Shown here one piece after another: positions 39,047-49,472 of a stretch of DNA of 49,472 nucleotides (position 1 is the first letter of the stretch; each line of letters starts with the position of its first letter). The notes below the pieces were generated by a model. The model was given only the letters and a program-made list of their open reading frames with translations, did no database searches and was not told the DNA's origin. The DNA comes from Utricularia gibba (lineage: Eukaryota; Plantae; Magnoliophyta): positions 1-49,472 of the forward strand of contig NEEC01000294.1 of the NCBI GenBank assembly GCA_002189035.1. Reading direction: 5' to 3'. The translations under genes were made by a program, and so were the position numbers.

Positions 39047-39981
39047 GACATCGTAATTTAAACAAATGCATCATTTTTTTTAATCGATTTGCATCCAGTT
39101 GACCTCATGAGCATACAGAATGGGGTCAAGGACCAAGTTCCCAGCGAGACTGGCCGCCAAAAAACGAGAAGCGGTTCCTTGAAAAACCATGTAGGCAGCC
39201 CCGAAAAACGAACGATAATAAATACATCACTTTATTTGCCGGACTACAACTAACTCTCGGTGCAAGCCAAACATTACCTTTGTCCCGTTCCAGGTGCACC
39301 CAAAGACCGCCTGCTCAAGTATAAAGTAAGTTGTTGAAAAAATCATGTGGGGTGCACGTGACATCATAATTTAAACAAATGCATCATTTTTTTTAATCGA
39401 TTTGCATCCAGTTGACCTCATGAGCCATACAGAATCGGGTCAAGGACCAAGTTCCCAGCGAGACTGGCCGCCACAAAACGAGAAGCGGTTCCTTGAAAAA
39501 CATGTAGGCAGCCCCGAAAACCGAACGATAATAAATACATCACTTTATTTGCCGGACTACAACTAACTCTCGGTGCAAGCCTAAGCTGACTTTTGTCCGG
39601 TTCCTCTGCCCCAAGACCGCCTGCTCAAGTATAAAGTAAGTTGTTAAAAAAATCATGTGGGGTGCACGTGACATCATAATTTAAACAAATGCATCATTTT
39701 TTTTAATCGATTTGCATCCAGTTGACCTCATGAGCCATACAGAATCGGGGTCAAGGACCAAGTTCCCAGCGAGACTGGCCGCCACAAAACGAGAAGCGGT
39801 TCCTTGAAAAACCATGTAGGCAGCCCCGAAAACGAACGATAATAAATACATCACTTTATTTGCCGGACTACAACTAACTCTCGATGCAAGCCAACCTTAC
39901 CTTTGTCCCGTTCCAGGTGCACCCAAAACCGCCTGCTCAAGTATAAAGTAAGTTGTTGAAAAAATCATGTGGGGTGCACGT

Positions 39982-40281
39982 GACATCATAATTTAAACAA
40001 ATGCATCATTTATTTATTGATTTGCATCCTTTTGTCCTCATGAGCCATAAAGAATCGCGGGCCCGGACCAAGTTCCTAGCGAGACTGGCCGCCACAAAAC
40101 GAGAAGCGTTCCTTGAAAAACCATGTAGGCAACCCGAAAACCGAACGTTAATAAATACATCACTTTTTGCCGGGCTAAACTACTTTGGCAAGCCTAAGCT
40201 GACTTTTTCCGGTTCCAAGTGCCCCAAAACCGCCTCCTCATGTATAAAGTAAGTTGTTAAAAAATCATGTGGGGTGCACTT
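39982..40281 (+). repeat. Type-B monomer (partly hybrid)
   Basis: CCATAAAG, GCGGGCCCGG, CCTAG, CGTTAATA, CTAAGCTGAC, CACTTG end; A-type GACATCAT start. Confidence 0.88.
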
Positions 40282-41535
40282 GACATCGTAATTTAAACAA
40301 ATGCATCATTTTTTTTATTCGATTTGCATCCAGTTGACCTCATGAGCCATACAGAATCGGGGTCAAGGACCAAGTTCCCAGCGAGACTGGCCGCCACAAA
40401 ACGAGAAGCGGTTCCTTGAAAAACCATGTAGGCAGCCCCGAAAACCGAACGATAATAAATACATCACTTATTTGCCGGACTACAACTAACTCTCGGTGCA
40501 AGCCAAACATTACCTTTGTCCCGTTCCAGGTGCACCCAAAGACCGCCTGCTCAAGTATAAAGTAAGTTGTTGAAAAAATCATGTGGGGTGCACGTGACAT
40601 CATAATTTAAACAAATGCATCATTTTTTTTAATCGATTTGCATCCAGTTGACCTCATGAGCCATACAGAATCGGGGTCAAGGACCAAGTTCCCAGCGAGA
40701 CTGGCCGCCACAAAACGAGAAGCGGTTCCTTGAAAAACCATGTAGGCAGCCCCCGAAAACCGAACGATAATAAATACATCACTTTATTTGCCGGACTACA
40801 ACTAACTCTCGGTGCAAGCCAAACCTTACCTTTGTCCCGTTCCAGGTGCACCCAAAGACCGCCTGCTCAAGTATAAAGTAAGTTGTTGAAAAAATCATGT
40901 GGGGTGCACGTGACATCATAATTTAAACAAATGCATCATTTTTTTTAATCGATTTGCATCCAGTTGACCTCATGAGCCATACAGAATCGGGGTCAAGGAC
41001 CAAGTTCCCAGCGAGACTGGCCGCCACAAACGAGAAGCGGTTCCTTGAAAAACCATGTAGGCAGCCCCCGAAAACGAACGATAATAAATACATCACTTTA
41101 TTTGCCGGACTACAACTAACTCTCGGTGCAAGCCAACTTACTTTGTCCCGTTCCAGGTGCACCCAAAGACCGCCTGCTCAAGTATAAAGTAAGTTGTTGA
41201 AAAAATCATGTGGGGTGCACGTGACATCATAATTTAAACAAATGCATCATTTTTTTTATCGATTTGCATCCAGTTGACCTCATGAGCCATACAGAATCGG
41301 GGTCAAGGACCAAGTTCCCAGCGAGACTGGCCGCCACAAAACGAGAAGCGGTTCCTTGAAAAACCATGTAGGCAGCCCCCGAAAACCGAACGATAATAAA
41401 TACATCACTTTATTTGCCGGACTACAACTAACTCTCGTGCAAGCCAAACCTTACCTTTGTCCCGTTCCAGTGCACCCAAAGACCGCCTGCTCAAGTATAA
41501 AGTAAGTTGTTGAAAAAATCATGTGGGGTGCACGT

Positions 41536-41846
41536 GATATCGTAATTTAAACAAATGCATCATTGTATTCATTGATTTGTATCCTTTTGTCCTCATGAGC
41601 CATAAAGAATCGCGGGCCCGGACCAAGTTCCTAGCGAGACTGGCCGCCACAAAACGAGAAGCTGTTCCTTGAAAAACCATGTAGGCAACACCGAAAACCG
41701 AACGTTAATAAATACATCACTTTCTTTGCCGGGCTACAACTTACTTTGGGCCAAGGCCTAAGCTGATCTTTTTCCGGTTCCAAGTGCCCCAAAACCGCCT
41801 CTCATGTATAAAGTATGTTGTTAAAAAAATCATGTGGGGTGCACTT
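41536..41846 (+). repeat. Type-B monomer
   Basis: Full B diagnostics; main copy used for the A/B comparison. Confidence 0.92.
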
Positions 41847-43379
41847 GACATCGTAATTTAAACAAATGCATCATTTTTTTTATTCGATTTGCATCCAGTT
41901 GACCTCATGAGCACAGAATGGGGTCAAGGACCAAGTTCCCAGCGAGACTGGCCGCCAGAAGCGGTTCCTTGAAAAACCATGTAGGCAGCCCCGAAAAACG
42001 AACGATAATAAATACATCACTTTATTTGCCGGACTACAACTAACTCTCGGTGCAAGCCAAACATTACCTTTGTCCCGTTCCAGGTGCACCCAAAGACCGC
42101 CTGCTCAAGTATAAAGTAAGTTGTTGAAAAAATCATGTGGGGTGCACGTGACATCATAATTTAAACAAATGCATCATTTTTTTTAATCGATTTGCATCCA
42201 GTTGACCTCATGAGCCATACAGAATCGGGTCAAGGACCAAGTTCCCAGCGAGACTGGCCGCCACAAAACGAGAAGCGGTTCCTTGAAAAACCATGTAGGC
42301 AGCCCCCGAAAACCGAACGATAATAAATACATCACTTTATTTGCCGGACTACAACTAACTCTCGGTGCAAGCCAAACTTTTTGTCCGTTCCCCCCCCCAA
42401 AGACCGCCTGCTCAAGTATAAAGTAAGTTGTTGAAAAAATCATGTGGGGTGCACGTGACATCATAATTTAAAAATGCATCATTTTTTTAATCGATTTGCA
42501 TCCAGTTGACCTCATGAGCCATACAGAATCGGGGTCAAGGACCAAGTTCCCAGCGAGACTGGCCGCCACAAAACGAGAAGCGGTTCCTTGAAAAACCATG
42601 TAGGCAGCCCCGAAAACCGAACGATAATAAATACATCACTTTATTTGCCGACTACAAACTAACTCTCGGTGCAAGCCAAACATTACCTTTGTCCCGTTCC
42701 AGGTGCACCCAAAGACCGCCTGCTCAAGTATAAAGTAAGTTGTTGAAAAAATCATGTGGGGTGCACGTGACATCATAATTTAAACAAATGCATCATTTTT
42801 TTTAATCGATTTGCATCCAGTTGACCTCATGAGCCATACAGAATCGGGGTCAAGGACCAAGTTCCCAGCGAGACTGGCCGCCACAAAACGAGAAGCGGTT
42901 CCTTGAAAAACCATGTAGGCAGCCCCCGAAAACCGAACGATAATAAATACATCACTTTATTTGCCGGACTACAACTAACTCTCGGTGCAAGCCAACTTAC
43001 CTTTGTCCGAAAGACCGCCTGCTCAAGTATAAAGTAAGTTGTTAAAAAAATCATGTGGGGTGCACGTGACATCATAATTTAAACAAATGCATCATTTTTT
43101 TTAATCGATTTGCATCCAGTTGACCTCATGAGCCATACAGAATCGGGGTCAAGGACCAAAGTTCCAGCGAGACTGGCCGCCACAAAACGAGAAGCGGTTC
43201 CTTGAAAAACCATGTAGGCAGCCCCCGAAAACGAACGATAATAAATACATCACTTTATTTGCCGGACTACAACTAACTCTCGTGCAAGCCAACCTTACCT
43301 TTGTCCCGTTCCAGTGCACCCAAAGACCGCCTGCTCAAGTATAAAGTAAGTTGTTGAAAAAATCATGTGGGGTGCACGT

Positions 43380-43687
43380 GATATCGTAATTTAAACAAAT
43401 GCATCATTGTATTCATTGATTTGTATCCTTTTGTCCTCATGAGCCATAAAGAATCGCGGGCCCGGACCAAGTTCCTAGCGAGACTGGCCGCCACAAAACG
43501 AGAAGCTGTTCCTTGAAAAACCATGTAGGCAACACCGAAAACCGAACGTTAATAAATACACTTTTTTGCCGGGCTACAACTTACTTTGGGCAAGGCCTAA
43601 GCTGATCTTTTTCCGGTTCCAAGTGCCCCCCAAAACCGCCTCCTCATGTATAAAGTATGTTGTTAAAAAATCATGTGGGGTGCACTT
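43380..43687 (+). repeat. Type-B monomer
   Basis: Full B diagnostics. Confidence 0.92.
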
Positions 43688-46493
43688 GACATCGTAATTT
43701 AAACAAATGCATCATTTTTTTTATTCGATTTGCATCCAGTTGACCTCATGAGCCAGACAGAATGGGGTCAAGGACCAAGTTCCCAGCGAGACTGGCCGCC
43801 AAAAACGAGAAGCGGTTCCTTGAAAAACCATGTAGGCAGCCCCCGAAAAACGAACGATAATAAATACATCACTTTATTTGCCGGACTACAACTAACTCTC
43901 GGTGCAAGCCAAACATTACCTTTGTCCCGTTCCAGGTGCACCCAAAGACCGCCTGCTCAAGTATAAAGTAAGTTGTTGAAAAAATCATGTGGGGTGCACG
44001 TGACATCATAATTTAAACAAATGCATCATTTTTTTTAATCGATTTGCATCCAGTTGACCTCATGAGCCATACAGAATCGGGTCAAGGACCAAGTTCCCAG
44101 CGAGACTGGCCGCCACAAAACGAGAAGCGGTTCCTTGAAAAACATGTAGGCAGCCCCCGAAAACGAACGATAATAAATACATCACTTTATTTGCCGGACT
44201 ACAACTAACTCTCGGTGCAAGCCAAGCTTACTTTTGTCCGGTTCCATTCCCCCAAGACCGCCTGCTCAAGTATAAAGTAAGTTGTTAAAAAAACATGTGG
44301 GGTGCACGTGACATCATAATTTAAACAAATGCATCATTTTTTTAATCGATTTGCATCCAGTTGACCTCATGAGCCATACAGAATCGGGGTCAAGGACCAA
44401 GTTCCCAGCGAGACTGGCCGCCACAAAACGAGAAGCGGTTCCTTGAAAAACCATGTAGGCAGCCCCGAAAACCGAACGATAATAAATACATCACTTTATT
44501 TGCCGGACTACAACTAACTCTCGGTGCAAGCCAAACTTACCTTTGTCCCGTTCCAGGTGCACCCAAAGACCGCCTGCTCAAGTATAAAGTAAGTTGTTGA
44601 AAAAATCATGTGGGGTGCACGTGACATCATAATTTAAACAAATGCATCATTTTTTTTAATCGATTTGCATCCAGTTGACCTCATGAGCCATACAGAATCG
44701 GGGTCAAGGACCAAGTTCCCAGCGAGACTGGCCGCCACAAAACGAGAAGCGGTTCCTTGAAAAACCATGTAGGCAGCCCCCGAAAACGAACGATAATAAA
44801 TACATCACTTTATTTGCCGGACTACAACTAACTCTCGGTGCAAGCCAAACACCTTTGTCCCGTTCCAGGTGCACCCAAGACCGCCTGCTCAAGTATAAAG
44901 TAAGTTGTTAAAAAATCATGTGGGGTGCACGTGACATCATAATTTAAACAAATGCATCATTTTTTTTAATCGATTTGCATCCAGTTGACCTCATGAGCCA
45001 TACAGAATCGGGGTCAAGGACTCCCAGCGAGACTGGCCGCCACAAAACGAGAAGCGGTTCCCTTGAAAAACCATGTAGGCAGCCCCGAAAACCGAACGAT
45101 AATAAATACATCACTTTATTTGCCGACTACAACTAACTCTCGGTGCAAGCCAAACATTACCTTTGTCCCGTTCCAGGTGCACCCAAAGACCGCCTGCTCA
45201 AGTATAAAGTAAGTTGTTGAAAAAATCATGTGGGGTGCACGTGACATCATAATTTAAACAAATGCATCATTTTTTTAATCGATTTGCATCCAGTTGACCT
45301 CATGAGCCATACAGAATCGGGGTCAAGGACCAAGTTCCCAGCGAGACTGGCCGCCACAAAACGAGAAGCGGTTCCTTGAAAAACCATGTAGGCAGCCCCC
45401 GAAAACGAACGATAATAAATACATCACTTTATTTGCCGGACTACAACTAACTCTCGGTGCAAGCCAAAATTACCTTTGTCCGTTCCAGGTGCACCCAAAG
45501 ACCGCTGCTCAAGTATAAAGTAAGTTGTTGAAAAAATCATGTGGGGTGCACGTGACATCATAATTTAAACAAATGCATCATTTTTTTTATCGATTTGCAT
45601 CCAGTTGACCTCATGAGCCATACAGAATCGGGTCAAGGACCAAGTTCCCAGCGAGACTGGCCGCCACAAAACGAGAAGCGGTTCCTTGAAAAACCATGTA
45701 GGCAGCCCCCGAAAACCGAACGATAATAAATACATCACTTTATTTGCCGGACTACAACTAACTCTCGGTGCAAGCCAACATTACTTTGTCCGTTCCAGGT
45801 GCACCCCAAAGACCGCCTGCTCAAGTATAAAGTAAGTTGTTGAAAAAATCATGTGGGGTGCACGTGACATCATAATTAAAACAAATGCATCATTTTTTTT
45901 AATCGATTTGCATCCAGTTGACCTCATGAGCCATACAGAATCGGGGTCAAGGACCAAGTTCCCAGCGAGACTGGCCGCCACAAAACGAGAAGCGGTTCCT
46001 TGAAAAACCATGTAGGCAGCCCCGAAAACGAACGATAATAAATACATCACTTTATTTGCCGGACTACAACTAACTCTCGGTGCAAGCCAAACCTTACCTT
46101 TGTCCCGTTCCAGGTGCACCCAAAGACCGCCTGCTCAAGTATAAAGTAAGTTGTTGAAAAAATCATGTGGGTGCACGTGACATCATAATTTAAACAAATG
46201 CATCATTTTTTTTAATCGATTTGCATCCAGTTGACCTCATGAGCCATACAGAATCGGGGTCAAGGACCAAGTTCCCAGCGAGACTGGCCGCCACAAAACG
46301 AGAAGCGGTTCCTTGAAAAACCATGTAGGCAGCCCCCGAAAAACCGAACATAATAAATACATCACTTTATTTGCCGGACTACAACTAACTCTCGTGCAAG
46401 CCAAACCTTACCTTTGTCCCGTTCCAGGTGCACCCAAAGACCGCCTGCTCAAGTATAAAGTAAGTTGTTGAAAAAATCATGTGGGGTGCACGT

Positions 46494-46796
46494 GATATCG
46501 TAATTTAAACAAATGCATCATTTATTCATTGATTTGCATCCTTTTGTCCTCATGAGCCATAAAGAATCGGGGCCCGGACCAAGTTCCTAGCGAGACTGGC
46601 CGCCACAAAACGAGAAGCGTTCCTTGAAAAACCATGTAGGCAACACCGAAAACCGAACGTTAATAAATACATCACTTTTTGCCGGACTACAACTACTTTG
46701 GGCAAGCCTAAGCTTCTTTTTTCCGGTTCCAGTGCCCCCCAAGACCGCCTCCTCAAGTATAAAGTATGTTGTTAAAAAATCATGTGGGGTGCACTT
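46494..46796 (+). repeat. Type-B monomer (partly hybrid)
   Basis: GATATCG start, GGGCCCGG, CCTAG, GCAACACC, CGTTAATA, CACTTG end. Confidence 0.88.
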
Positions 46797-48028
46797 GACA
46801 TCATAATTTAAACAAATGCATCATTTTTTTTATTCGATTTGCATCCAGTTGACCTCATGAGCCAACAGAATGGGGTCAAGGACCAAGTTCCCAGCGAGAC
46901 TGGCCGCCACAAAACGAGAAGCGGTTCCTTGAAAACCATGTAGGCAGCCCCAAAACGAACGATAATAAATATCACTTTATTTGCCGGACTACAACTAACT
47001 CTCGGTGCAAGCCAAACATTACCTTTGTCCCGTTCCAGGTGCACCCAAAGACCGCCTGCTCAAGTATAAAGTGTTGTTGAAAAAATCATGTGGGGTGCAC
47101 GTGACATCATAATTTAAACAAATGCATCATTTTTTTTAATCGATTTGCATCCAGTTGACCTCATGAGCCATACAGAATCGGGTCAAGGACCAAGTTCCCG
47201 CGAGACTGGCCGCCACAAAACGAGAAGCGGTTCCTTGAAAAACATGTAGGCAGCCCCCGAAAACCGAACGATAATAAATACATCACTTTATTTGCCGACT
47301 ACAACTAACTCTCGGTGCAAGCCAACATTACCTTTGTCCCGTTCCAGGTGCACCCAAAGACCGCCTGCTCAAGTATAAAGTAAGTTGTTGAAAAAATCAT
47401 GTGGGGTGCACGTGACATCATAATTTAAACAAATGCATCATTTTTTTTAATCGATTTGCATCCAGTTGACCTCATGAGCCATACAGAATCGGGGTCAAGG
47501 ACCAAGTTCCCAGCGAGACTGGCCGCCACAAAACGAGAAGCGGTTCCTTGAAAAACCATGTAGGCAGCCCCCGAAAACGAACGATAATAAATACATCACT
47601 TTATTTGCCGGACTACAACTAACTCTCGGTGCAAGCCAACCTTACCTTTGTCCCGTTCCAGGTGCACCCGCCTGCTCAAGTATAAAGTAAGTTGTTGAAA
47701 AAATCATGTGGGGTGCACGTGACATCATAATTTAAACAAATGCATCATTTTTTTTAATCGATTTGCATCCAGTTGACCTCATGAGCCATACAGAATCGGG
47801 GTCAAGGACCAAGTTCCCAGCGAGACTGGCCGCCACAAAACGAGAAGCGGTTCCTTGAAAAACCATGTAGGCAGCCCCCGAAAACGAACGATAATAAATA
47901 CATCTTTTTATTTGCCGGACTACAACTAACTCTCGATGCAAGCCATACCTTACCTTTGTCCCGTTCCAAGTGCACCCGCCTGCTCAAGTATAAAGTAAGT
48001 TGTTGAAAAAATCATGTGGGGTGCACGT

Positions 48029-48338
48029 GATATCGTAATTTAAACAAATGCATCATTGTATTCATTGATTTGTATCCTTTTGTCCTCATGAGCCATAAAG
48101 AATCGCGGGCCCGGACCAAGTTCCTAGCGAGACTGGCCGCCACAAAACGAGAAGCTGTTCCTTGAAAAACCATGTAGGCAACACCGAAAACCGAACGTTA
48201 ATAAATACATCTTTTTGCCGGGCTACAACTTACTTTGGGCCAAGGCCTAAGCTGATCTTTTTCCGGTTCCAAGTGCCCCCCAAAACCGCCTCCTCATGTA
48301 TAAAGTATGTTGTTAAAAAAATCATGTGGGGTGCACTT
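48029..48338 (+). repeat. Type-B monomer
   Basis: Full B diagnostics. Confidence 0.92.
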
Positions 48339-49472
48339 GACATCGTAATTTAAACAAATGCATCATTTTTTTTATTCGATTTGCATCCAGTTGACCTCAT
48401 GAGCAAGACAGAAATGGGTCAAGGACCAAGTTCCCAGCGAGACTGGCCGCCAAAAAACGAGAAGCGGTTCCTTGAAAAACCATGTAGGCAGCCCCCGAAA
48501 AACGAACGATAATAAATACATCACTTTATTTGCCGGACTACAACTAACTCTCGGTGCAAGCCAAACATTACCTTTGTCCCGTTCCAGGTGCACCCAAAGA
48601 CCGCCTGCTCAAGTATAAAGTAAGTTGTTGAAAAAATCATGTGGGGTGCACGTGACATCATAATTTAAACAAATGCATCATTTTTTTTAATCGATTTGCA
48701 TCCAGTTGACCTCATGAGCCATACAGAATCGGGTCAAGGACCAAGTTCCCAGCGAGACTGGCCGCCACAAAACGAGAAGCGGTTCCTTGAAAAAACATGT
48801 AGGCAGCCCCCGAAAACCGAACGATAATAAATACATCACTTTATTTGCCGGACTACAACTAACTCTCGGTGCAAGCCAAGCTGACTTTTGTCGGTTCCTC
48901 TTCCCCCCAAGACCGCCTGCTCAAGTATAAAGTAAGTTGTTAAAAAAACATGTGGGGTGCACGTGACATCATAATTTAAATAAATGCATCATTTTTTTAA
49001 TCGATTTGCATCCAGTTGACCTCATGAGCCATACAGAATCGGGGTCAAGGACCAATCCCAGCGAGACTGGCCGCCACAAAAACGAGAAGCGGTTCCTTGA
49101 AAAACCATGTAGGCAGCCCCCGAAAACCGAACGATAATAAATACATCACTTTATTTGCCGGACTACAACTAACTCTCGGTGCAAGCCAAACATTACCTTT
49201 GTCCCGTTCCAGGTGCACCCAAAGACCGCCTGCTCAAGTATAAAGTAAGTTGTTGAAAAAATCATGTGGGGTGCACGTGACATCATAATTTAAACAAATG
49301 CATCATTTTTTTTAATCGATTTGCATCCAGTTGACCTCATGAGCCATACAGAATCGGGGTCAAGGACCAAGTTCCCAGCGAGACTGGCCGCCACAAAACG
49401 AGAAGCGGTTCCTTGAAAAACCATGTAGGCAGCCCCCGAAAACCGAACGATAATAAATACATCACTTTATTT

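Larger units (their letters stand above)
1..49472 (+). repeat. Tandem satellite DNA array, ~316-bp monomer, ~158 copies, one orientation, running off both window ends
   Basis: Landmarks AATTTAAACAAATGCATC, CTCATGAGCCATA, TTGAAAAACCATGTAGGC and GGGGTGCAC recur every ~310-316 bp throughout (e.g. the C of AAACAAATG at 7923 and 8239 = 316 bp). No unique sequence or inversion seen. Confidence 0.99.
17609..49472 (+). repeat. Higher-order-repeat domain: type-A-like monomers with a recurrent diverged type-B monomer
   Basis: 22 B or B-hybrid monomers; start-to-start spacing in monomers is 3,5,4,5,6,4,3,4,3,3,3,8,5,4,5,3,4,5,6,10,5. Confidence 0.9.

Noticed and set aside
145-48593. Recurrent 60-128 aa ORFs on both strands (MHLERDKG..., MHPVDLMS...)
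   Set aside because: They are translations of the satellite monomer. Frames open and close with homopolymer indels, no domain is recognisable, and A/B changes do not preserve a frame.
1-49472. CRISPR array or repeat-spacer cassette
   Set aside because: There are no unique spacers; the entire unit repeats, and no cas-like ORF is present.
1-49472. Rolling-circle concatemer of one 316-bp circle
   Set aside because: A single circular template cannot give several consistent monomer classes in a fixed relative order.
1-49472. Homopolymer-length differences as biological polymorphism
   Set aside because: G3/G4, C4/C5, T7-9 and A5/A6 switches show no phase pattern and match the usual long-read consensus error profile.
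1-49472. Assignment to a named satellite family or taxon
   Set aside because: Monomer length alone is not diagnostic and I do not recognise the sequence; a database search is required.

Overview
The whole 49.5-kb window is one uninterrupted head-to-tail tandem satellite array in a single orientation: about 158 copies of a ~316-bp monomer (~45% GC, 14 CpG). I find no credible protein-coding gene, RNA gene, transposon or CRISPR array; the ORF track is the same few accidental frames repeated once per monomer. The structure is hierarchical. (1) The 316-bp monomer is an ancient dimer of two ~158-bp subunits, roughly 55-60% identical by manual alignment. (2) Positions 1-17.6 kb look near-homogeneous (type A). 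(3) From ~17.6 kb a ~15%-diverged monomer (type B) recurs mostly every 3-6 monomers, with phase-locked neighbour variants (D before B; C after B; E two after B, only beyond ~39 kb), i.e. a variable-order higher-order repeat. Most other copy-to-copy variation is homopolymer indels and A/B hybrid bases, typical of long-read consensus error, so HOR order and the 17.6-kb boundary need read-level confirmation. I do not recognise the family or organism; a eukaryotic centromeric, pericentromeric or subtelomeric satellite is the most likely reading (inference). I found no support for a novel gene system.
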